Below the pieces are notes generated by a model. That model was not told the origin of the DNA and did not search any database. It saw nothing but the letters and a program-made list of their open reading frames with translations. A stretch of DNA of 61,009 nucleotides from Gammaproteobacteria bacterium (GTDB taxonomy: Bacteria; Pseudomonadota; Gammaproteobacteria; Porifericomitales; Porifericomitaceae). Position 1 is the first letter of the stretch; each line of letters starts with the position of its first letter. Made by a program: the position numbers and the translations under genes. Below are positions 18,084 through 27,900 of the stretch, in pieces. Location: assembly GCA_028817255.1 (NCBI GenBank), contig JAPPQA010000027.1:1-61009 (forward strand). Direction: 5' to 3'.

Positions 18084-18761
18084 TCATGCTTCAAGCGCCG
18101 CTAACTCCGCGGGAGACACTTGGCGTCGGTGCAGGGTGGTGGCCGCCAAGGCGCCGGCAATGCCGAATTGGCGCAGGGAGCGCAGATCGGCCGCGTCGCG
18201 CACCCCTCCGGCTGCGTACAGCCTGTTTGCCGGGAGCCGCCTGGACAGCCGGCGCAACAGTGGGCGGTCGGGGCCCCGATGCCTGCCGACGCGGTGCAAT
18301 GCCATAACGATAATCTCTTGCGGCCAGATTTCTGCCCGGGCAAGCCAGGCAGCGCCGCCCAGCAGCCGCCCAGCACGGAAATCCAGCGACAGGATCGCTT
18401 TCCGCCTCTCTTGCTGAGACAGTTTTTCCGGCATCAGTTTCGACTCGCTGCCCAGTACGCGCCGCAGATTGTTGCCGAAGGGCAACGGCGCATTCCCGCA
18501 GTCCAGCCAGAAGCTTACCTGTGGGAAGCGCCTCGCCAGGACGGCGATGCAATCCGTCTGGCCGGGCCCTCCTTGCAAGGCATCCAGGTCCGCAAGGTAG
18601 AGCCGCCGGAACGGGTAGTAATCGAGTAGCGCCGCCACCACCGTAGCGGCCTCTGCGCCGCCACACAACTCCGAATGCAATGGCGGGTAGTCGGCGCGGG
18701 CGCCGCCATGGGCATGCACTGCCTGGCCGGCGCACAGGTCAACCGCGGGGATCACGATCAT
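18084..18761 (-). CDS. HisA/HisF-family (beta/alpha)8-barrel protein of the kind found in H4MPT-linked clusters
   Basis: The product has MIVIPAVDLCAGQAVH at the N-terminus and YAAGGVRDAADLRSL near the C-terminus, both HisA/HisF phosphate-binding signatures. An ATG lies at 18761 and an alternative TTG at 18776. Confidence 0.62.
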   Translation of the reverse strand: MIVIPAVDLCAGQAVHAHGGARADYPPLHSELCGGAEAATVVAALLDYYPFRRLYLADLDALQGGPGQTDCIAVLARRFPQVSFWLDCGNAPLPFGNNLRRVLGSESKLMPEKLSQQERRKAILSLDFRAGRLLGGAAWLARAEIWPQEIIVMALHRVGRHRGPDRPLLRRLSRRLPANRLYAAGGVRDAADLRSLRQFGIAGALAATTLHRRQVSPAELAALEA

Positions 18762-18794
18762 GGGCGGCTCGTACAACGCTCACTTTTTGCCTCG

Positions 18795-19712
18795 CTACTG
18801 CCTTGTCGCATTGCTTGTCTCTTCTTTTCCCCGTGGCGGGGCGGCGAGCCGGTTCCCCGCCTTGCCCGGGTCATATACGGGCCTGTGCATGGGCCGGGTG
18901 CGTAGCGTTCCCGCCATTTCCCGGCGAATGCGCTCGCGCGCCAGCCTTACGTAGGGCGTGCATACCTCGGCGCCGGCGCCCCGCCTGTTGTGCCTGAGCG
19001 CCGCGACGATACTCGTTCCCGTCCCCAGGAACGGGTCCAGCACCCAATCGTTTTCGGCGGTCATCGAGAGCACGAGCCGCTCGATTAACTCTGCCGGGAA
19101 CTGGCAGGGATGTTCGGTTTTCTCCACATGGTTGTTTTTGACATTGGGAATCGCCCACAGGTCGCCCGGGTTTTTCCCCAGGGGGTTGCAGGAATATTCG
19201 CCGGCCCGGGGGCCCCTGAAGTATTTCTTGCCGGGATATTTTTGGGGAACCCGCACCGGGTCGAGGTTGAAGATATAACGGTCGGTTTTGGTGAACCAGG
19301 CGATCGTTTCGTACCTCCCGGAAAAACGCTTGTTGCAATGCAGCCCATGCTCGAAATGCCAAATAATGCGATTTCTCATCTTTAGGCCGCGGTTCTCGAA
19401 TAGTGGGTATAGCGCCGTGTCCAGCGGAACGATGGCCCCGTCCCGCACGTAGTTGCCGACTTGCCAACAGATGCTGCCGGCCGGAGAGAGAACGCGAATG
19501 CATTCCCCGATGACCGCATCCTGCTGTTTCAGGTACGTATCCAGTCGCAGCTTTTTTTCGTATTCCTTGCCCAGGTTGTAGGGGGGCGATGTAACTACCA
19601 GCTGGATGGATTCGTCGGGGACCTGTTTGAGCAATTCCCTGCAGTCCCCCGGGAACACGACCGCCCGTCCGTCGGCGGCGAAACGCTTGCGGATCGGAAA
19701 AAGCGCGGGCAT
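18795..19712 (-). CDS. site-specific DNA methyltransferase, beta class (motif IV before motif I), SPPY type, with no cognate endonuclease seen
   Basis: Motif IV is LVVTSPPYNLGKEY. It is followed later by the AdoMet-binding motif I, VLDPFLGTGTS. The motif order and the SPPY variant are typical of N4-cytosine or N6-adenine beta-group enzymes. Confidence 0.85.
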   Translation of the reverse strand: MPALFPIRKRFAADGRAVVFPGDCRELLKQVPDESIQLVVTSPPYNLGKEYEKKLRLDTYLKQQDAVIGECIRVLSPAGSICWQVGNYVRDGAIVPLDTALYPLFENRGLKMRNRIIWHFEHGLHCNKRFSGRYETIAWFTKTDRYIFNLDPVRVPQKYPGKKYFRGPRAGEYSCNPLGKNPGDLWAIPNVKNNHVEKTEHPCQFPAELIERLVLSMTAENDWVLDPFLGTGTSIVAALRHNRRGAGAEVCTPYVRLARERIRREMAGTLRTRPMHRPVYDPGKAGNRLAAPPRGKEETSNATRQ

Positions 19713-19936
19713 TTGCGCTATATCGTGTTGGCCAGGGACCGCCGCATGGCTCGCTTCGTTTATCCGCCTGCCGGTAATGCGAGTCTATCGCAATAGGGCC
19801 AAAAGCCGCCGCGCCGCTGGAAACCGGGGCGGGCCGCTGGCGCGACGGCCCGCCCTGGCGGAATAAGAAGGCCTGGCATCAGACAGGCAGGCGATACCAG
19901 GCAAGGACCGAATTCCCTTTCGGTCAGCGATCATTG

Positions 19937-21103
19937 CTAGTCCCAGTTCAGCGCGCCACCGCTCTGGTACTCTGTCACCCGTGTCTCGAAGAAGTTTTTT
20001 TCCTTCTTAAGATCGATCATCTCGCTCATCCAGGGGAACGGGTTGGTTGCGCCCGCGTACTGTTCGGGCAGGCCGATCTGGGCACAGCGACGGTTGGCAA
20101 TGAATTGCAGGTAACCAGAGAACATCCGGGCATTCAGCCCCAGGATCCCCCGCGGCATGGTGTCGTGGGCATAGCGCGTCTCCAACTCCACGCCCTTGCG
20201 GATCATCTCGACGCTTTCCTGCTTCATTGCGTCGTCCCAAAGCCGTGGATTTTCAATCTTGATCTGGTTGATGACATCGATCCCGAAGTTCATGTGCATA
20301 GATTCGTCGCGCAGGATGTACTGGAACTGTTCGGCGCAACCGGTCAGCTTGTTGCGCCGGCCCAGGGAAAGCACCTGCACGAAGCCTACGTAGAAGAAGA
20401 TGCCCTCGAAAATTACATAGAAGGCGATCAAATCCCGCAGTAGTCGCCGGTCGGCGGCCAGGGTGCCGGTGTGGAACTCAGGGTCGCCCAGGCTGTCCGT
20501 GTAGCGCATCGCCCAGGCGGCCTTGTCGTGTATGGAGGGGATCTCGCGGTACATGTTGAATACCTCCATCTCGTCGAGTCCCAGAGATTCCACGCAGTAC
20601 TGGTAGGCATGGGTGTGCACCGCTTCCTCGAAGGCCTGGCGCAACAGGTATTGCCGGCATTCCGGATTGGTAATGTGGCGATAGACCGCCAGCACCAGAT
20701 TGTTGGCTACCAGCGAGTCGGCCGAGGAGAAAAAGCCCAGATTACGCTTGAGGATGGTGCGTTCGTCTTCGCTCAGGCCATTGGGATCCCGCCACAGGGC
20801 GATGTCGGCGTTCATGTTGATTTCCTGCGGCATCCAATGGTTGGCGCAGGCGTCCAGGTACTTCTGCCAGGCCCATTTATACTTCAGGGGCACGAGTTGA
20901 TTGAGATCGGCGCGGCAGTTGATCATTTGCTTGTCGTCCACGGTGACGCGCCGAGCGCCAAATTCCACTTCCTCCAGGCCGGTTACGCCGCTACTGCCGC
21001 GGTTGCCGCTGCCCTCCTGGGCGGCGGGGGCGGGCGCGTCGGTGTCGGTCCATGGCCGTTCGGGTTGCGGCGTCGCAGACGCCGTGTTGTTCCATTCCAG
21101 CAT
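19937..21103 (-). CDS. nrdB: ribonucleoside-diphosphate reductase class Ia beta subunit
   Basis: The 388-aa ORF has diiron/tyrosyl radical motifs ([23 protein letters not shown]) and a C-terminal acidic tail. Confidence 0.92.
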   Translation of the reverse strand: MLEWNNTASATPQPERPWTDTDAPAPAAQEGSGNRGSSGVTGLEEVEFGARRVTVDDKQMINCRADLNQLVPLKYKWAWQKYLDACANHWMPQEINMNADIALWRDPNGLSEDERTILKRNLGFFSSADSLVANNLVLAVYRHITNPECRQYLLRQAFEEAVHTHAYQYCVESLGLDEMEVFNMYREIPSIHDKAAWAMRYTDSLGDPEFHTGTLAADRRLLRDLIAFYVIFEGIFFYVGFVQVLSLGRRNKLTGCAEQFQYILRDESMHMNFGIDVINQIKIENPRLWDDAMKQESVEMIRKGVELETRYAHDTMPRGILGLNARMFSGYLQFIANRRCAQIGLPEQYAGATNPFPWMSEMIDLKKEKNFFETRVTEYQSGGALNWD

Positions 21104-21128
21104 GATGTTGTCCTCCTGGTTCCCCTAG

Positions 21129-24005
21129 TTATTGACAGGATTCGCACTCGCCGTCGTGCAGAGCGCAGACCTCCGGTACGGTCTGTACCGAGTTCAATGG
21201 GTTGGCGTCGCGCCGCCCCTTCTCCGTGGTGCTTTTTTCGACATGGGTGGCGCCGATGCTGCGCAGATAGTAGGTGGTTTTCAGCCCGCGCCGCCATGCC
21301 AGTTTGTACAGTTCATCCAGATTTTTTCCGTCAGGGGCGGCCGCATACAGGTTCAGCGACTGCGCCTGATCCAGCCACTTCTGCCGCCGAGCCCCCGCCT
21401 CTACCAGCCAGCGTGAATCGATCTCGAAGGCGGTGGTATAGAGTTCCTTCAGGTTGGCAGGGATGCGGTCCGCTTGTTGCACACTGCCATCGAAGTACTT
21501 GAGATCGTTGACCATAACTTCGTCCCACAGACTCAATTTCTTGAGATCGCGCACCAGGTAGGGGTTGACGACGGTGAACTCGCCGGACAGATTGGATTTG
21601 ACGAACAGGTTCTGATAGGTAGGCTCGATCGATTGGGAGACACCGCAGATGTTCGAGATCGTCGCCGTTGGGGCGATCGCCATGCAGTTTGAGTTGCGCA
21701 TCCCAAGCTGCCGCACCCGCTCCCGGAGGGTGTCCCAGTCCAGGGTCCGGTCCGTGTTGACCTCCAGGTACTCGCCCCGGTCCCGGGCCAACAGCGAGAT
21801 AGAATCTATGGGCAGGATGCCCTGGCTCCACAACGAGCCTGGGAAGCTGCTGTAAGTGCCGCGCTCTTCCGCCAATTCAGAGGAACTTCGGATCGCATAG
21901 TAACTGATTGCCTCCATGCTGCTGTCGGCGAACGCTACCGCCTTTTCGGAGGCGTAGGGGATGCGCAGTTTGTACAGGGAGTCCTGGAAGCCCATTATTC
22001 CCAGGCCCACGGGGCGGTGCCGCAGGTTGGCCTGGCGCGCCGCCCGCACCGTGTAGTAGTTGTAGTCTATGACGTTGTCCAGCATGCGCATGGCGGTGCG
22101 CACGGTTCTCTCCAGCTTGGCATGGTCCAGCCCCTGCTCGTTGACGTGTTGCGCGAGGTTGACCGAGCCCAGGTTGCAGACGGCGATCTCGTCACTGGAA
22201 GTGTTCAGCGTGATCTCCGTGCACAGATTGGAACAGTGAATGACCCCGGCATGCTGTTGGGGGGAGCGCAGGTTGCAGGAATCCTTGAAGGTAAGCCAGG
22301 GATGGCCTGTCTCGTAGAGCATGGTGAGCATCTTGCGCCACAGGGCGACGGCGCGGATGCGTTGGCAGTTACGCAGCTTCCCTTCCTGCGCCCGTTGCTC
22401 GTACTCAAGGTAGCGCTGCTCGAACCGCAAACCGTAGAGGTCGTGCAAGTCGGGCGCCTCGTTCGGGGAGAGCAAGAGCCACTCCCCATCCTCGCAGACG
22501 CGCTTGAGAAACAAATCCGGTACCCAGCAGGCCGTGTTCATGTCGTGGGTGCGCCGCCGATCGTCGCCGGTATTTTTCCGCAGCTCCAGAAATTCTTCGA
22601 TATCCAGGTGCCAGGCCTCAAGGTAGGAGCAAATGGCCCCTTTGCGTTTGCCGCCCTGGTTGACCGCAACGGCGGTATCGTTGACTACCTTGAGGAACGG
22701 CACGACTCCCTGCGACTGGCCGTTGGTGCCGCGGATATGGGCGCCCATGGCCCGCACGTTGGTCCAGTCGTTGCCCAGGCCGCCGGCGTACTTCGACAGC
22801 ATGGCATCGTCCCGGATGGCGCTGTATATGCCCTCCAAGTCGTCCGGCACGGTGGTCAGGTAGCAACTCGAGAGCTGCGGGCGGCAGGTCCCCGAGTTGA
22901 ATAGGGTAGGGGTGGAGCTCATGAAGTCGAAAGCGGACAGCAAGCGGTAGAACTCAATGGCATATTGATCCCGTTCCACCTCGTGGAGGGCGAGGCCCAT
23001 CGCTACCCGCATGAAGAAGGCCTGGGGCAATTCCAGACGCACTTCTTCGCGGTGGATAAAGTAACGGTCGTAAAGAGTTTGCAGCCCCAGGTAGTTGATC
23101 CGCAGGTCGCGATCGATGTCCAGAGCGGCGCCGAGCTTTCCCAGATCGTATTGCTTAAGCTGCGGGTCCAGCAATCCGGTCGCTACTCCCTCCTCAATGT
23201 ATTTGGAGAAATACTCCGGGTATAACTCTTTCATTTCCTTGCGGGTGGGGGAAAGCGGCCGGTCCAGAACATGGCTTACGGCCTCGCGGCGCAGACCGTG
23301 CAGCAACAGCCTGGCGGCTACGTAGGAGTAGTTCGGCTCCTGTTCGATCTGAGCGCGGGCGCCCATGACCAGCGCTGTCTCCAGCTCGCTTATGCTGGCG
23401 CCGTCGTACAAGTTGTCCAGCGCCCCGCTGAGGACTTGCTCTGCGTCCACTGCCTCCAGTCCCTGGCAGGCCTCGGCGACGATGGCGCGCAACCGCTTCT
23501 TGTCCAGCGGTTTTCGCTGACCGTCGGGGAAGAGTACGGTCAGGGAAGGGCTCTTCCCTCCCTTCTCCTTGCCCTTGCGACGGGCCCTCTCGCGGGCGCG
23601 GTCTTCGCGGTAGATAACATAGGCGCGCGCGACCTTGTGTTCTCCTGCCCGCATTAAGGCCAGCTCGACCTGGTCCTGAATGTCCTCGATAGCCAGCGTG
23701 CCGCCAGTAGGATAGCGGCGGTGCAGAGCCTGGACCACTTGCCGGCTTAACCGCTCCACGGTCTCGTGGACCCGTTTGGAAGCGGCCGCGTTCCCTCCCT
23801 CCACGGCCAGGAAGGCCTTGGTCACGGCCACTTCGATTTTGCTGGTATCGAAGGGAGTGACCTTGCCGTTGCGCCGGATTACCCGGGATTGGCCCGGACG
23901 ATGCGCCAGGAGCTCCGCCTCGTCGCCCGTAAAATCCTGCCGTTTCTCCCAGCCGGGAGCTGCCTTTGCTCCTGCTCCCGACCGATTTTCGGAAAGTGTA
24001 GTCAT
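21129..24005 (-). CDS. nrdA: ribonucleoside-diphosphate reductase class Ia alpha subunit
   Basis: The 958-aa ORF has an N-terminal ATP-cone (VIRRNGKVTPFDTSKIEVAV). Catalytic blocks are NLCTEI and GLGIMGF, and the C-terminal redox pair is CESC. Confidence 0.95.
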   Translation of the reverse strand: MTTLSENRSGAGAKAAPGWEKRQDFTGDEAELLAHRPGQSRVIRRNGKVTPFDTSKIEVAVTKAFLAVEGGNAAASKRVHETVERLSRQVVQALHRRYPTGGTLAIEDIQDQVELALMRAGEHKVARAYVIYREDRARERARRKGKEKGGKSPSLTVLFPDGQRKPLDKKRLRAIVAEACQGLEAVDAEQVLSGALDNLYDGASISELETALVMGARAQIEQEPNYSYVAARLLLHGLRREAVSHVLDRPLSPTRKEMKELYPEYFSKYIEEGVATGLLDPQLKQYDLGKLGAALDIDRDLRINYLGLQTLYDRYFIHREEVRLELPQAFFMRVAMGLALHEVERDQYAIEFYRLLSAFDFMSSTPTLFNSGTCRPQLSSCYLTTVPDDLEGIYSAIRDDAMLSKYAGGLGNDWTNVRAMGAHIRGTNGQSQGVVPFLKVVNDTAVAVNQGGKRKGAICSYLEAWHLDIEEFLELRKNTGDDRRRTHDMNTACWVPDLFLKRVCEDGEWLLLSPNEAPDLHDLYGLRFEQRYLEYEQRAQEGKLRNCQRIRAVALWRKMLTMLYETGHPWLTFKDSCNLRSPQQHAGVIHCSNLCTEITLNTSSDEIAVCNLGSVNLAQHVNEQGLDHAKLERTVRTAMRMLDNVIDYNYYTVRAARQANLRHRPVGLGIMGFQDSLYKLRIPYASEKAVAFADSSMEAISYYAIRSSSELAEERGTYSSFPGSLWSQGILPIDSISLLARDRGEYLEVNTDRTLDWDTLRERVRQLGMRNSNCMAIAPTATISNICGVSQSIEPTYQNLFVKSNLSGEFTVVNPYLVRDLKKLSLWDEVMVNDLKYFDGSVQQADRIPANLKELYTTAFEIDSRWLVEAGARRQKWLDQAQSLNLYAAAPDGKNLDELYKLAWRRGLKTTYYLRSIGATHVEKSTTEKGRRDANPLNSVQTVPEVCALHDGECESCQ

Positions 24006-24110
24006 CTTCTATACCCCGTATCCCGAACCGGCCATATCCAGAACCAGTCTTTGCTTGACTGCGTCCCCCGGTTTCCGGTTGCCCTGGTTCCCAATAGTGG
24101 ACATTGCGCC

Positions 24111-24139
24111 AGTGTAGCGCCACTATATCTTGTGGTCAA
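24111..24139 (-). promoter_or_regulatory. candidate sigma70 promoter of nrdAB
   Basis: On the minus strand the sequence reads TTGACC, 17 nt, TACACT, about 105 nt upstream of the nrdA ATG. The spacer is occupied by NrdR box 1. Confidence 0.5.
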
Positions 24140-24166
24140 CCCGTCCGGAAGAGGCAAATATTGTGT
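24120..24166. promoter_or_regulatory. tandem NrdR boxes
   Basis: Box 1 is ccactatatcttgtgg (24120..24135), matching 13 of 16 positions of the acaCwAtATaTwGtgt consensus. Box 2 is gaggcaaatattgtgt (24151..24166), with a perfect right half. The two boxes start 31 bp apart, the canonical spacing. Confidence 0.6.
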
Positions 24167-24371
24167 TTATTCCCGTGGAAACCCTGGGGAGGGTCTGTGG
24201 ACAGGATGGGTATGGCGCGCATGGGAGGCCGCTGGCCGCTCCGGGGCGCTGTCTAGTTGCGTCCCGGGGGGGCGTCCAGGACGATGCTGCTGTTCCCGGT
24301 TCGGCAATTATGCCGAAGGCCCTTGACGGCTTGGCGTGCGCCCGCTGCGTCCGGCCCTGAAGGCGCCGGTC

Positions 24372-24794
24372 TTACGGCGAAGCGGCAGAGGAGGAAAGGG
24401 TTGAAGGGGTCCAGTCCGGGCGACGGTACTCTATTGCCACGGTGGTCTGGATGCCGCCGCGGGCGTTAAAGCGGGCGGTGAGATGCAGGAAGCGTGGCGC
24501 CAATACCGCTTTCAGGTCGTCCAGGATGCGATTGCTGACCGCCTCGTGGAAGGTTCCCAGGTCGCGATAAGAATGGATATAGAGCTTCAACGACTTCAGT
24601 TCGATGCAAAGCGCTTCGGGCACGTAATCCAGTTCGAGCACGGCGAAATCGGGTTGACCCGTGCGCGGACAGAGGCAGGTGAACTCGGGGATGCGGATGT
24701 GCAGGGTATAGTCCCGCTCCGGCGAGGGATTAGGGAAACACTCCAAAATCTTGCGCCTGGTTCTTGCTGCTGTTTTCTGCTCTTTCGCACTCAC
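24372..24794 (-). CDS. queF: NADPH-dependent 7-cyano-7-deazaguanine (preQ0) reductase, type I
   Basis: The 140-aa ORF has the QueF motif region [14 protein letters not shown] (catalytic Cys) and the downstream E-x-K-S-L-K-L-Y block. Confidence 0.9.
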   Translation of the reverse strand: MSAKEQKTAARTRRKILECFPNPSPERDYTLHIRIPEFTCLCPRTGQPDFAVLELDYVPEALCIELKSLKLYIHSYRDLGTFHEAVSNRILDDLKAVLAPRFLHLTARFNARGGIQTTVAIEYRRPDWTPSTLSSSAASP

Positions 24795-24933
24795 GTTCAG
24801 CCACGCTTTGCTATGCCGTTACGACCCCTCCCGCAAGGGCGGCGTCCGTCCCATTTGCATACTTATTATCCCACAGGCCGTTCCGGGGGGCGATCCTTGC
24901 CTCCCTCCCGGTAAGCCGGTATTTTGTCAGGCC

Positions 24934-27900
24934 ATGCGGTTACGCCAGCTTCGTTTGTCAGGCTTTAAGACCTTCGTAGATGCCACTGCCCTGGACTTGC
25001 GGCGCCCCCTGACCGCCATTGTCGGGCCCAACGGTTGCGGCAAGTCCAACTTGATAGACGCCGTGGCCTGGGTTCTGGGGGAGAGTTCCGCCCGCCACCT
25101 GCGCGCCGAACTCATCTCCGAGGTCATTTTTTCCGGTTCGCGCAACCGCCAGCCGGCCGGACAAGCTGGCGTCGAATTGCTCCTGGATAACAACGAGGGG
25201 CGCTTGGGGGGGCGTTTCCTCTCTTACCGGGAGGTCTCCATCCGGCGACAGGTGGACCGCGAGGGGGTTTCCAGTTATTTCCTGAACGGGACCCGTTGCC
25301 GCCGACGGGACATCACTGCCTTGCTGCACGGGACTGGCCTGGGACCGCGCGGTTACGCGATTATTGAACAGGGAATGGTCTCGCGCCTGATCGATGCCGG
25401 ACCGGACGCATTGCGAGCGCATGTCGAGGAAACCGCCGGCATTTCCAAGTACCGGGAAGACCGCCGGGAGGCTGAGGGGCGCATCCGCAGAGCGAAGGAA
25501 AATATACTGAATTTAAGTTACTTACAAGATGAAGTGAATAAACAGATTAAAGAATTAGAGCGGCAGGCCGCGCAGGCGAAGCGCTATCGGCAATTGTGCG
25601 ACCGGGAGCGGCAATTGCAAGGCGAATTGTTGGCACTGGACTGGCAACGGCTGAAAGAGCGGTTCCAGAGTTTGCACGGGGCCTGCCAGGAACTGGAACT
25701 TGCGGCCGAAGGCGAGCGCAGCCGTCTGCGCCATCTGGAGGCGGAACTGGACCGGGTGCGGCAGGAAAGCGCGGCTTTCAACCGGATTTGCGACGACTTG
25801 CAAGGGCAGTTCTACCGTCTGCACTCCGAGATTTCCCGCTGGGAGCAAAACCTAAAGCATGGCAGGGAGCGCATTGCGGCGCTGGAAGAGGAGTCGAAAC
25901 GAAATAAGGTCCTGCTGGCGGAGGAAGAGGCGCATTGCCGGGCCGAACAGCAGGAACTTGATTCCCTGGAAGGCCAGTGCCGGAAATTGCTCCCTTTGCG
26001 GGAGAAGCGGCAGCGCGAGCGCGAGCGGGCGCAGGCGGCGCTACAGGAAACGGACCGTCTGTTGCAGGAAGGACAGGAAACCTGCGATCGTTGCAGCGAA
26101 AAGGCGGGCGCCCTGACGCGTGAGGAAGAGACAGCCCGTACTCGCTTGGAACATCTCGCCGCCCGCAAGCGTGAGGCCGAACGCCGTAGCCAGGAGCTCC
26201 AGGGAGAGCTTCGGGAACTCGATCCGCGGGGGCACGAGGTTCTCCTTGGTCAGGAACGGGAACAGCTGGCGCGGGTAGAGCGGGAGAGAGAAGAGCTGGG
26301 CTCCGCGGAGCGAGATACCCGCCGTACCCTGGCGAAATTGCGCGCCTCGGTCGCGGACCTGGAACAGCGCCTGGACAAGGAACGCGCCGCCCACCAGGAG
26401 ATGCATTCCGCGCTGTCTTCCCTGCAGGCGCGTCAGCAGGCAGCGCTCGGCAGCGATCAGGAGCAGGTCAACCAGTGGCTGGAGGAGACGCAGCTCGCCG
26501 CCGTACAGCGCCTGGGCGAACGCTTGCAGGTGGCGCCCCGTTGGCGCCAGGCGGTGGAATTAGTGTTGGGAAGATACTTGCAGGCGGTGGAGTCGCCCAG
26601 CCTGGAAGGGGTGTTTCCAGCCCTGGATCGGTTGTCGGCGGGCGTGGTGGGCGTTTACCGATTGCCGTGCCCCGCCGCGCCCCCGGATGCGAAAGACAAC
26701 GGGTTGCCTCCTTTGCTTCGCTACATAGAGACTCCGGAATTTCCCGCGGGCTTGCTTGCCGGCGTGTTCGCCGCCGAACATACGGAGGCGGCGCTGGCTG
26801 CGCGTCAGCGCCTGCAGCCGGGGCAAAGCGTCGTGACGCCAGATGGTCTTTGGTTGGGGCGCGACTGGTTATGGCTGATGCGCCGCCGCGGCGATGAAAG
26901 CATTTTGGAGCGGGAGGTCGAACGCAAGCGCTTGCAGCAAGACTATGCCGAGTCGCGGAAACGCTATCGCGGGCTGGAAGAGGAGTTGGCGCAGTTGCGT
27001 TGCGAGGCCGCGCGCCAGGAAGCCGCCTGCCAGGAATTGCGCGAGCGGCTGCAGGTTTGCCAGGAAGCCTTTGGCGAGCGACATTCTCGCCTGGCTGCCG
27101 ACCGGGCCCGACGGCAGCAGCGCCAGGAACGCGCTGAGCGTATCGGGCGGGAACTCGAGAAGCTTGCGGCGGAAGGGGCCGCGATCGGAGACGAACAAGA
27201 AAAGCTGCGGCAACTATTGTCATCCCTGCAGCCGCGTAAGGAGAAGTTGGAGCAGGAACGCGAACGACTTTTAGAGCGTCGGCAACGGCAGCGGGACGAA
27301 TTGGCGGCGGCGCGGCAGCGTTGGCAGGCGAGCGGCGATGCGTTGCACGAAACAGACCTGCAGTTGGAGTCATTGAACTCCCGAAAGGAGTCGCGGCAAC
27401 GGGCCTTGAAGCGTCAGCAACAGGCGCAGCAACAGCTGGCGGTGCGCTACCGGGAGCTACGCGCCGATCTGGAGCAGGCCCGGGCTCCTCTGGCCGGCTG
27501 GCAGGAGCGGTTGCAAAAGGGGCTGGAGCAGCGCCTGCAATTGGAGCGGGAGTTGCAACAGGGGCGTGAGAAGTTGACTCGGCAGCAAGAGAGCCAGCAG
27601 GCGCAGGAGCGCCAGCGGGCAGAGTGCGAGAACCGCCTGCGCGAACAGGAGGCCGCGGTGCAGCAGGAGCAGCTCGCCGTCGGCGAAGCCCGGGTCCGCA
27701 TGGAGGCGGCAGCAGAGCGGTTGACCGCGTTGGACGGCGTTGGCACCCCCGAAGAAGTCCTGTCCGGCCTGGAAGAGGGTGCCGATCCCGCGCTTTGGCA
27801 ACAGCGCTTGGACAGAATACAGCGCCGAATCCAGCAGTTGGGCACGGTTAACCTGGCGGCGGTGGAAGAACATGCCCGGTTAACCGAGCGGCAGCAGGAG

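Noticed and set aside
19827-19855. A GC-rich inverted repeat, gggcgggccg...cggcccgccc, downstream of nrdB was considered as a terminator separating nrdB from the methyltransferase gene.
   Set aside because: The 10-bp stem is real, but on the transcribed minus strand it is followed by GGTTTCCAG rather than a U-run. I cannot call it an intrinsic terminator.
24372-24794. queF and tatD (58889..59704) were considered as parts of a QatABCD-like (QueC/TatD) defence system. The SMC gene was considered as a Wadjet/Lamassu-type SMC.
   Set aside because: queF is the biosynthetic reductase, not QueC. tatD is 34 kb away in the conserved holB-pilZ-tatD housekeeping block. The smc gene is a full-length canonical SMC in the conserved smc-zipA-ligA context, with no JetABCD or LmuA-like partners.
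25510-25535. A Ter (Tus-binding)-like sequence was noticed in the smc AT island (TTTAAGTTACTTACAAG versus the reverse complement of the Ter core, TTTAGTTACAACATAC).
   Set aside because: The match is confined to GTTAC plus flanking A/T, and the essential GTTGTAAC core is not present. Tus/Ter is also restricted to enterobacterial relatives.
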